59,481 bases of DNA from an uncultured Mycoplasma sp. Its GTDB lineage: Bacteria > Bacillota_I > Bacilli_A > RF39 > UBA660. The DNA is taken from NCBI GenBank assembly GCA_947646115.1, contig CANSFH010000004.1:1-59481 (forward strand), written 5' to 3'. Shown here one piece after another: positions 1-8,516 of the stretch. Both the position numbers and the translations under genes were made by a program. The stretch's first letter is position 1. Every line of letters starts with the position of its first letter. Under the pieces are notes generated by a model. That model did no database searches. It was not told where the DNA came from and was given only the letters and a program-made list of their open reading frames with translations.

Positions 1-341
1 ATGGGAAAATAGTCTTTAAATCTTTCTTCTTCACATAAGGCTAAAGCTTCTTCAGGTCTTCCTAGCTTTATTAAGCAAGTAATTCTCTGTTTTTGAATAG
101 GAAAATAGTCTTTAAATCTTTCTTCTTCACAATAATTAAGAGCTTCAATAATGTGTTTATTTCTTATTAGTTTTTTAATTAGAAGAGATGCTCTTATATT
201 TTCTATTTCTGTCTTATTTTCTTTTTGCCAACGATAAATAGTAGATTTAGAAATATTTAATTCTGTACATATTTCTGTTATACTGATATTTTTGGCTAAT
301 TTAAACAAGGCTATATTTTTGATTTCTTTGCTATAAGACAT
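1..341 (-). CDS. HTH + 32-aa TPR-like repeat protein, runs off the left window edge (not in ORF track)
   Basis: ATG at 341 with GAGGT RBS. Manual translation MSYSKEIKNIALFKLAKNISITEICTELNISKSTIYRWQK...EALNYCEEERFKDYFPIQKQRITCLIKLGRPEEALALCEEERFKDYFP; open to the edge. Confidence 0.8.
   Translation of the reverse strand, partial: MSYSKEIKNIALFKLAKNISITEICTELNISKSTIYRWQKENKTEIENIRASLLIKKLIRNKHIIEALNYCEEERFKDYFPIQKQRITCLIKLGRPEEALALCEEERFKDYFP
5..131. repeat. 96-bp-period intragenic direct repeat (31 bp identical at 5-35 and 101-131)
   Basis: gaaaatagtctttaaatctttcttcttcaca occurs at 5 and 101. Confidence 0.9.
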
Positions 342-400
342 GATTTTACCTCTTTCGTTAGCATTTATTCTAAAGGATAATTTAGAAAAAGTAAAGCATT

Positions 401-1483
401 TTAAAGCTTTATAGTACTTTCTAATTTAAAATTAAATAGCTTATCATAATAAATATGTCCTTTAATTAAAATAATTAGAACATTTATAAGATAAAAAAAC
501 ATAATAAATATTAAGGCTGCTAAATAGATGAAAAAACGAATTTGATTTAGTCCATAAAAATCTACGATAAAATGCGTTAAAATAATTATTGCGAATGGTA
601 AATAAAAATAATAAAAACAGGTAAATAAAGTACGTATTATATTTATAATAAAACCATACCATTTATAAGTCATTTTAACATTTAAAAATTTCATTCCCAA
701 AGTACAATTTTGAAACATTAAGGGAATTAATCCATAATATGCTATAAATGAAATTAAAAAATTATATTCTTTTAAAAAAATTGACACTACTAGAAAAAAG
801 ATTAAATAGATAAATAAGTCTAGAAAGAATACTGTAAGGCGTCTAAATCCTGATACTACCTGCCCTCTTGTTTTGGCTTCAATATCAATTTCATCACGAG
901 TTGGTAAGAATTTAAGAGTTCCCATTAAAAGATAACCTAAAGCTCCACCTGTAGTATTTTGAATTAAATCATCAATATCACAAAAACGATAAGGATTAGG
1001 ATAGATAAAGTATAAACCTGTACCTTGAGTAAATTCAAAAAACAAACTTAATAGTAAAGTATAAAGAACTGTTTTCTTTAAACTACATTTAAAGAAATAA
1101 CGAAGATACATACCAAAAGGAATAGTCATTAAAATATTAAATACAACAACATAAAAGCAAGGCTCTGTTAAGGCACTTATATAAGTACTCGGTTCTGTTA
1201 TAACAAAACTTGTTTCATTTATAAATTCAGTGATAAATTGAAATGGAATAAAATTAAAATGAGGCCCTTTTATTTTTAAAGCTTCTGCAAAAGTTGGAAG
1301 TGGCAAAATCACCAGGAAAAATATTACTAATAAATATAATATAAAAGAATATATAATACCAGCTCGTAAGTAATAGATAGAACCATATTTATGATATTCA
1401 TATAAAATATATGGTATTAACAAAATAAAAGCTATAATTGGAAAAATAATTATAGCTGTTTTGATTGCATATAAATAGCTCAT
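401..1483 (-). CDS. VanZ-family membrane protein with C-terminal RDD-like domain
   Basis: NILMTIPFGMYLR and CDIDDLIQNTTGG VanZ motifs; RRLTVFFLD RDD-like motif. Likely start MSYLY at 1483 (ORF open to 1531). Confidence 0.8.
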   Translation of the reverse strand: MSYLYAIKTAIIIFPIIAFILLIPYILYEYHKYGSIYYLRAGIIYSFILYLLVIFFLVILPLPTFAEALKIKGPHFNFIPFQFITEFINETSFVITEPSTYISALTEPCFYVVVFNILMTIPFGMYLRYFFKCSLKKTVLYTLLLSLFFEFTQGTGLYFIYPNPYRFCDIDDLIQNTTGGALGYLLMGTLKFLPTRDEIDIEAKTRGQVVSGFRRLTVFFLDLFIYLIFFLVVSIFLKEYNFLISFIAYYGLIPLMFQNCTLGMKFLNVKMTYKWYGFIINIIRTLFTCFYYFYLPFAIIILTHFIVDFYGLNQIRFFIYLAALIFIMFFYLINVLIILIKGHIYYDKLFNFKLESTIKL

Positions 1484-1569
1484 CTTATTACCTCTTTTCA
1501 TTATAATAATTATATCATAATTATTATGCAAAAAATCTTACAATTTAGTAACATAAATGAAGGCTTTAA

Positions 1570-2310
1570 TTAACAACGAGCAGCACCATCAACGCTTAAG
1601 ATGTTACCTGTAATATAGCTTGCCATATCACTTGCTAAAAATAAAAAGGCATTTGCAATATCTAGTGGTGTACCAATTCTACCTAATGGAATAGTTTTTA
1701 TTAAAGGCTCAATTGTAGAAGCAGGTAAATTTTTTACCATATCTGTTTCGGTAATACCTGGAGCTACAGCATTTACACGAATACCTTTGGGAGCTAATTC
1801 ACGAGATAATGATTTGGTAATTCCATTTACAGCAAACTTTGAAGCAGGATACATAACTCCGGCTGGTTGACCATAAATACTTACCATTGAACTAGTATTT
1901 AAAATTACACCTTTAGTAATACTCAAATATGGAACTATTTCTTTTGAACAAACAAATACTGCTTTGATATTTAAATTGGCTATTTTATCATATTCTTCTT
2001 CACTAAAATCTAAAAGGGGTGTGGATGAAGATATACCAGCATTATTTATCAATATATCTATTTTACCAAAGGTATTATTTATTTTGGAGAAACACTCACG
2101 AACTGATTCAGGATTATGAAGAGTTGGCGCAAAACCGATAACCTCATAATTAGGATTTTCTTTTTTTAACTCTTCTATCGCTTTATTAACACTTTCATCG
2201 TGACTTCCTAATATTACTACTTTAGCTTTATTTTCAAGAAAAAGTTTAGCTGTTGCAAAACCAATTCCTCTTGTTCCGCCTGTTATAATGGCTACTTTAT
2301 TTTCTAACAT
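1570..2310 (-). CDS. SDR oxidoreductase, 3-alpha-hydroxysteroid-dehydrogenase-like
   Basis: TGGTRGIG, NNAG, NTSS and YPASK motifs. Confidence 0.85.
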   Translation of the reverse strand: MLENKVAIITGGTRGIGFATAKLFLENKAKVVILGSHDESVNKAIEELKKENPNYEVIGFAPTLHNPESVRECFSKINNTFGKIDILINNAGISSSTPLLDFSEEEYDKIANLNIKAVFVCSKEIVPYLSITKGVILNTSSMVSIYGQPAGVMYPASKFAVNGITKSLSRELAPKGIRVNAVAPGITETDMVKNLPASTIEPLIKTIPLGRIGTPLDIANAFLFLASDMASYITGNILSVDGAARC

Positions 2311-2394
2311 TTAAATCTCTCCATTTCAATACTCTTTAATTGTAAATCTATTTATAAATTTTAGCAATATTTTTATTTGAGTTGCTTATAATTT

Positions 2395-3543
2395 CTAACT
2401 TATTTTTTGTTTTTGACGAGAAACAAGATTATTTATAACAATAAAAGCTATACTAAATAAAGTTATTATGATAATATTTATAATTATGGGTTTTAGAGAA
2501 AGTAAATTAAATTCTTGAATTGTTTTAATAAGTTCATTATTTTTGATAAAATAATATGATGGTAAAATATGAGCAATATTTAAAACACTAGTTGGTAAAT
2601 ATTCCATTGGAACAAATGCTCCACAAAGAAAACTTGTACCAAGAGCAATTACATTTACAATGCCATTAATTGCTTCTTTATTTTTTACAATGTTACCAAG
2701 TAAAAAAGCAAGAATTACAGTAAATAACATAAATATAAACGAATTTAGAATAAATAATGTTCCATTAATTGTAAACATAATTTTGCCAAAAAGAATAATA
2801 CTTAATAAAACGTAGAATATCCATAATATTGTTGCGAATAGTATATTACATCCAAGTAATTTTATATTAAATTTTTGATAATTCATAGAGCTAACTATAG
2901 TTCTTTTATTTATAAGTTCATTCTTAAAACTAGATAAAATTAAACAGATAATATATATAGCAGAGGCTAAAAAGCAATAATTAGTAAAGTTATAATAAGC
3001 TCCTACTCTTGCTAGAGAACTTGTATCTAATTTAGAAGTAAGAGTAATTTTGCTTTCAGTATTTATAGTTTCATTAACTTTTTTAATTATTTCTTCTTCT
3101 TTTAGATTACTATTATTATAAATATTAGCAATTCGTATATATTTTTTTAGCATCATTTCGGCTAAACTAGCATTATAATCCCCTGTTGATTTAATTTTTA
3201 TTTCCGGATTCTTTTTATTTAAAAAGTTTTCACGAAAATTATTAGGTATATAAATAACATAGTTTACATCACGATAAAATATAGCATCATTAATAGCTTC
3301 TTCACTATTTTTAATTTCTTTTATATTACTATTTTCTTTAATATAATTAATTAGTGATTTTGTTATTCCTTTTTCTTCATCATTATTGATAATTAAAACG
3401 TCAGGAGTACTAGCTATAAAACTCATACTATTATCATTATTTTTCATATTAAATCCAGCAAAAAATATTAAAATTACAGCATACATGATGATAGTAACTT
3501 TATATTTATTTAAGACTTTTAAAAATGTTTTAAATATTGTCAT
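2395..3543 (-). CDS. ABC-2 type exporter permease
   Basis: N-terminal TM, extracellular loop, 5 C-terminal TMs, GAFVP motif; in operon with an ATPase. Confidence 0.85.
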   Translation of the reverse strand: MTIFKTFLKVLNKYKVTIIMYAVILIFFAGFNMKNNDNSMSFIASTPDVLIINNDEEKGITKSLINYIKENSNIKEIKNSEEAINDAIFYRDVNYVIYIPNNFRENFLNKKNPEIKIKSTGDYNASLAEMMLKKYIRIANIYNNSNLKEEEIIKKVNETINTESKITLTSKLDTSSLARVGAYYNFTNYCFLASAIYIICLILSSFKNELINKRTIVSSMNYQKFNIKLLGCNILFATILWIFYVLLSIILFGKIMFTINGTLFILNSFIFMLFTVILAFLLGNIVKNKEAINGIVNVIALGTSFLCGAFVPMEYLPTSVLNIAHILPSYYFIKNNELIKTIQEFNLLSLKPIIINIIIITLFSIAFIVINNLVSRQKQKIS

Positions 3544-4717
3544 AGCTTGTCCTCCTTAAACTAATTATGGATATACCAAGTAAAATAATAGCTATAATAA
3601 TTAAGCTTATGATATTAATAAAGAAACGATTAAGAGTATCATAATAATATAAAGAATAAAAGCCATCAGTAATTAAACTTGCAGGATTAATTTTGTTTAT
3701 TATAGGCACATTAGTATCAACAATATATTTCATGGTAATACCCATCATTCCTGATAAGAAACAGCCTAGCATTGTAATTGAAATCATTAAGCCAATTTTT
3801 AAGTCTTCTCCACTTTTTAATATGCTAGCTATCATTATACCAAGAGATAGGCCTGTAAATGATCCAATTAAAGCAAGTAATATGACTAAAAGTAGATTAT
3901 CACCATAATCAACTTTGATAACAAAAATGGTAAATAAGAATAAAATTAAAAGACCAATTAACTGGGCAATATATCCAGCTAGAGCACTACTTAATATGAC
4001 ATTACTTTTTTTAGTTGGCGCAACACTTATTCTTTTACCAATATTCCCCATATTAGCTAAACATCGATTAATAGACCACATTCCAAGTATTCCACCATAA
4101 AGACAAGTCATAGCAATAAGTGTATAATATTCAATCATTGTATAACTTAAATTATTAGGACTTATATCATTAATGTTAGTAAAGTCTTCATTTATTAGAC
4201 CTAAAACTTCCTGATATATATTATTTTTAAACTCTTCAAAATTATTTAGTACTGTAGGATTATTCATTACACCGGTTTCAATCTTTTCGGTTATTATATT
4301 TTTAATAATTAGTTCTTGTTCTAATAATTCATCTACAACAGTTTTTAGGATTGTTTCATTAATTCCACTACTATTTACTACAATATTCGCGGAATCAGTA
4401 AAAGTAACATAACCTGTGATTTTTTTATTCTCAAGTAACTCTTTGGCAGTATCTAGATTTACATATTCGATATTAAAAAGCTTGGTATCAGAAGTACTTA
4501 AACTTTTAAAAGTTTCTTGATACAATTCATTATTTTTAAATTCTGAAGTATCAATAATTGCTATATCAATTACAGTTAGTTTTTCACTATTCTCGATGTT
4601 AGAGAAAGCCATATTAAAGAATAAACCTAATATGATAGGAAAAGCAAAGGTCCAAAAAATAAGCATTTTATTTTTAAAAAGAGTTAGTAATGTATATTTA
4701 AAATTATGGAAAAACAT
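3530..4717 (-). CDS. ABC-2 type exporter permease
   Basis: FWTFAFPIILG start, FLSGM motif; overlaps neighbouring genes. Confidence 0.85.
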   Translation of the reverse strand: MFFHNFKYTLLTLFKNKMLIFWTFAFPIILGLFFNMAFSNIENSEKLTVIDIAIIDTSEFKNNELYQETFKSLSTSDTKLFNIEYVNLDTAKELLENKKITGYVTFTDSANIVVNSSGINETILKTVVDELLEQELIIKNIITEKIETGVMNNPTVLNNFEEFKNNIYQEVLGLINEDFTNINDISPNNLSYTMIEYYTLIAMTCLYGGILGMWSINRCLANMGNIGKRISVAPTKKSNVILSSALAGYIAQLIGLLILFLFTIFVIKVDYGDNLLLVILLALIGSFTGLSLGIMIASILKSGEDLKIGLMISITMLGCFLSGMMGITMKYIVDTNVPIINKINPASLITDGFYSLYYYDTLNRFFINIISLIIIAIILLGISIISLRRTSYDNI

Positions 4718-5655
4718 TAGTCTCTAAACTCCTTCCCAGTTAATTCTAGGAAAACATCATTAAGAGTTGGACGTTCAGAGAATATTTTATTATACTTAAT
4801 TTTTCTATTATTAAAATATTCTATTAAAATTGATAAATTATTTTTACCTTTTTTGTAAACAACTATTAAATTATTATTTATGTAGCTAACCTCATGAATA
4901 TTTTTTAATTCTTTTATTTCTGCAAGATTTTTTTCAGTGAGATTTGATATTTCTACAGTTACTTTTTCTTCAATTTTAGCAAGGCTTTTTAATTCATCAC
5001 AAGTTCCTTCAGCAAGAATTTTACCTTTATCAAGAATAATAACTCGGTCACATAAAACCTCAACTTCTTCCATATAATGAGTAGTATATACGATAGTTGC
5101 TCCCATATCTCGCAGTTTTTTGATACCATCTAAAATATTGTTACGACTTTGAGGGTCTACTGCGACGGTTGGTTCATCTAAAAATATTAGTTTAGGTTTA
5201 TGAGCAATGCCACAAGCAATGTTTAAACGTCTAAGTAAACCACCTGATAATTGTTTAGGATAAAACTTTTTAAAATCTTCTAGACCAACAAGTTTAATAG
5301 CATCAAGAATATATTTTTTACGAATATTTTTATCTTTAATATATAAACCACAGAAATAATCAATATTGTCATACACATTTAATTCATCAAATAAGGCAAC
5401 ATCTTGGAATACTACTCCAATATTTCTTTTTATATCGTAGCTAGTTGGACTCATTTTTTTAGCAAAGATATTAATACTTCCACTTTTAAAATTTAGAAGT
5501 GATAAAATACAGTTGATAGTGGTTGATTTACCTGAGCCATTAGGACCTAAAAGACCCAATATTTCTCCTTCAAAGACATCAAATGATAAATCATCTATGG
5601 CTTTTAATTTTTTATATTCTTTTGTTAAATTTTTAATTTCAATTACTTTTTTCAT
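4717..5655 (-). CDS. ABC exporter ATP-binding protein
   Basis: GPNGSGKST, LSGG, FLDEPT, TTHYM. Confidence 0.95.
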   Translation of the reverse strand: MKKVIEIKNLTKEYKKLKAIDDLSFDVFEGEILGLLGPNGSGKSTTINCILSLLNFKSGSINIFAKKMSPTSYDIKRNIGVVFQDVALFDELNVYDNIDYFCGLYIKDKNIRKKYILDAIKLVGLEDFKKFYPKQLSGGLLRRLNIACGIAHKPKLIFLDEPTVAVDPQSRNNILDGIKKLRDMGATIVYTTHYMEEVEVLCDRVIILDKGKILAEGTCDELKSLAKIEEKVTVEISNLTEKNLAEIKELKNIHEVSYINNNLIVVYKKGKNNLSILIEYFNNRKIKYNKIFSERPTLNDVFLELTGKEFRD

Positions 5656-6224
5656 TTAGTTTTTCCTTCCTTTAAATAACCTATTAACATTTCTTTTACT
5701 GTGTTTTCGAGTAATATACTTATTTCACCCTCACTAAACTTGATAGTTTTAGTGGCTACTAAACAAGCTATACCATGTGTAAATATCCAAACTTTAACAT
5801 GAAATTTCTTTTGTTCTTCAAAACTTAAACCAGTTAAAATTTGACCTTTTTTAATTATTTCACTTCCTGCATCGTCAGCCATAATAAAATTTTCAGCATT
5901 TAGCTCGGTGTTTTGCATAAAAATAATTTTGAAAAACAGAGGATAATCTTTAGCAAATTTAATATAATTTAAGCCCATATTTTTGTAAGCTTTTGGAGAA
6001 TCAATGTCACTTAACATATATGATTTATACAAATTATATATTCGCTTATAAACTTCATGTTTTAATTCATCCATATTTTTAAAATTATTAAATATGGGAT
6101 TAACCGATGAATTTAATTCTTTTGCTATACGCCTAGCATTGAGTTTTTCAAATCCTTCTTTTTTTGTTATTTCAAAGGATGTTATAATTATTTGTTCCCT
6201 ATCATACTTTTTTATTGGTGGCAT
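5652..6224 (-). CDS. TetR/AcrR-family regulator
   Basis: N-terminal HTH LNARRIAKELNSSVNPIFNNFKNMDEL; first gene of the ABC operon. Confidence 0.85.
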   Translation of the reverse strand: MPPIKKYDREQIIITSFEITKKEGFEKLNARRIAKELNSSVNPIFNNFKNMDELKHEVYKRIYNLYKSYMLSDIDSPKAYKNMGLNYIKFAKDYPLFFKIIFMQNTELNAENFIMADDAGSEIIKKGQILTGLSFEEQKKFHVKVWIFTHGIACLVATKTIKFSEGEISILLENTVKEMLIGYLKEGKTK

Positions 6225-6247
6225 TTCATCACTCCATTTATATCTAT

Positions 6248-6274
6248 TGTTATATAACTGATGTTATATTAACA
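6248..6274. promoter_or_regulatory. Candidate TetR operator (imperfect inverted repeat)
   Basis: tgttatataac-tgat-gttatattaaca, 24-50 bp upstream of the tetR start. Confidence 0.55.
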
Positions 6275-6321
6275 CAAAAAAAAGAGTTAGTAAAGTTAAA
6301 AAAGATATGAAATCATATCTT

Positions 6322-7095
6322 TTAACCTAGCGCAACATCTAAAATCATCATAATTGTAAAACCTAGCGCTACTCCGACTGTAGCAAATTCTGCATATTTA
6401 TTTTGACTTGATTCTGGAATTAATTCTACTACTACTACATATATCATAGCTCCAGCAGCAAATGCTAAAATATAAGGAAGTATTGGAACAACAAGACTTG
6501 TAAGAAGTATCGTTAATCCTGCCCCAATTGGCTCAACTATTCCAGATAAAACGCCATAACTAAATGATTTCTTTTTAGACATTCCCCCACTTTTTAGAGG
6601 CATTGAAATTATAGCTCCTTCTGGAAAGTTTTGGATTGCTATTCCAGTTGCAAGAGCAAAAGCACTAGCTAAAGTTATACCTGATGCTCCACTTATAAGT
6701 CCAGCAAAAACTACACCTACTGCCATACCTTCTGGAATATTATGAAGGGTTACCGCAAGGACAAGCATTGTATTTTTCTTAAGTTTATTTTTAATTTCTA
6801 CTTTTTGACCATTTTTTTCTAAATGATGTATAAGCTTATCTAAAAGCATTAGCGTAAGAACACCTATACAAAAACCAATTGCAGGAGGATACCAAGCAAT
6901 AGATCCTCTTTCTTCTGCCATTTCTATCGCTGGTATTATTAAAGACCAAACTGATGCGGCAATCATGACCCCTGATGCAAAACCAATTAATATTTGTTCA
7001 AATTTCTTATTAATGTTTTTTTTCATAAAAAATACAAATGATGCTCCAATAGTAGTACCTATAAATGGAATTAAGATACCTAGTAAAATATCCAT
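6322..7095 (-). CDS. ZIP-family (ZupT/GufA-like) metal transporter
   Basis: LHNIPEGMAVG and IQNFPEG motifs. Confidence 0.92.
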   Translation of the reverse strand: MDILLGILIPFIGTTIGASFVFFMKKNINKKFEQILIGFASGVMIAASVWSLIIPAIEMAEERGSIAWYPPAIGFCIGVLTLMLLDKLIHHLEKNGQKVEIKNKLKKNTMLVLAVTLHNIPEGMAVGVVFAGLISGASGITLASAFALATGIAIQNFPEGAIISMPLKSGGMSKKKSFSYGVLSGIVEPIGAGLTILLTSLVVPILPYILAFAAGAMIYVVVVELIPESSQNKYAEFATVGVALGFTIMMILDVALG

Positions 7096-7153
7096 TTTAA
7101 TATCACCTATTTTATTTTATTCTGAGTTTAATAATTGGTTAATAAAAACAATA

Positions 7154-7690
7154 TTAACCTTTTAATTCCAAATATTTCTCTAAATATTCCCAACAACCAG
7201 ATTTAGTGGTTAAGTCTTCATAATTATTATGGATTCTTCTTACAAGTTCAGTTGCATCTACCCATTTAATATCTGAAACTTCTTCAGTTTCTAGCGTAAT
7301 ATCATCTATATCAATATCTTTTTTAACAATATAAAATTCATTAAAATGATTATCAATAGTATTTCCTTTTATATTTTTAGATATTGTTGTACCAATAAAT
7401 ATTAAATCTTCTCTTTTTATATCGATTCCTAGTTCCTCTTTAGTTTCACGTATGATAGCATCATAGCCAAATTCGTTAGTCAAAACATGACCTCCTGCAG
7501 ATATATCCCAAAGATTCGGCCACATTTTTTTAGTAGCGCTTCTTTTTTGCAAAAGCACCTCATTTTGAGAACTAATTAAAAATGCAACAACAGCTCGATG
7601 CCACAAACCTTTTTCGTGCACTTCATCTCTAGTTTTTATTTCTCCAGTAAATTCACCATGTTCGTTTAGAATATCAAACTTTTCTTCCAT
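7154..7690 (-). CDS. NUDIX hydrolase (Idi-like subfamily)
   Basis: GLWHRA, LLQKRS, WDISAGGH...RETKEELG Nudix box. Confidence 0.85.
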   Translation of the reverse strand: MEEKFDILNEHGEFTGEIKTRDEVHEKGLWHRAVVAFLISSQNEVLLQKRSATKKMWPNLWDISAGGHVLTNEFGYDAIIRETKEELGIDIKREDLIFIGTTISKNIKGNTIDNHFNEFYIVKKDIDIDDITLETEEVSDIKWVDATELVRRIHNNYEDLTTKSGCWEYLEKYLELKG

Positions 7691-7721
7691 TATATTTCAC
7701 CTAGTAATATTATAACATACT

Positions 7722-8420
7722 TTACTTATCTTTAGGAGTACTTAAGTAACAGCCTAAATAGCTTGGGCGATTGAAAACTCTTTGTAATTGATGTGGTTTA
7801 TAACCTTTACAAATGTTATTTTTAGCTAGTTCATATAGTTTTTTTCCATCTATTTCTGATGATGTTTCACTTAAAAACATTTCATAATCAGGAATATCAG
7901 GACTAGGATTTAAAGCTAAAATAGCTAACAAGTAAGAATAACTCATCGTTTTTGTTAAATCTCTTAATTCTCGTACTTTTCCTTCTCCTAAAAGATTAGC
8001 AAAATTTATAACTGTATCAAAAGGAGTATTATTAATTTCAGAAAGAACTAATAATAAAATTCTATTAACTCTTTCAAAATTTAAAAGATAATTTTCACTT
8101 TTTTCAGGAATTAGATTAAGACTAGTTAAGACACTTAAAATACCAATTACAGAGTTGTAATATGATGACTTCAATAATTCACTTTCTTGATCATAACCAA
8201 ATAAACAACATATTTTATCAATAAATGTACTAAGTTGCTCTGCAACAGCTAATGAACTTTTTGGTAGTGTTTGATAGGCAATATCGGGAATTAAATCTTC
8301 TAAATATCTTACTTCGGTTTCAATAGTTCTTGGATCTATAAGTTTTAAATCCAACCCAAACATATTATAATATTGTAATATACTTGGAGTGGATAATTTG
8401 TAATATGAATGTTTACTCAT
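7722..8420 (-). CDS. Hypothetical protein
   Basis: 232-aa ORF with GAGGTGG RBS; no recognised motif. Confidence 0.75.
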   Translation of the reverse strand: MSKHSYYKLSTPSILQYYNMFGLDLKLIDPRTIETEVRYLEDLIPDIAYQTLPKSSLAVAEQLSTFIDKICCLFGYDQESELLKSSYYNSVIGILSVLTSLNLIPEKSENYLLNFERVNRILLLVLSEINNTPFDTVINFANLLGEGKVRELRDLTKTMSYSYLLAILALNPSPDIPDYEMFLSETSSEIDGKKLYELAKNNICKGYKPHQLQRVFNRPSYLGCYLSTPKDK

Positions 8421-8516
8421 AATTCCACCTCTTTAAATCGCCTTTATTATAGCATAATTTACTATTATTTCAAGATAAAATTTTACTTATAAATAAATAA
8501 ATGTTATAATCTTGAT

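Noticed and set aside
1-341. IS3-family transposase
   Set aside because: The HTH is followed by helical repeats rather than OrfB/DDE, and no terminal inverted repeat is visible upstream.
401-1483. Glycopeptide resistance locus
   Set aside because: VanZ-family gene alone; no vanHAX or vanRS.
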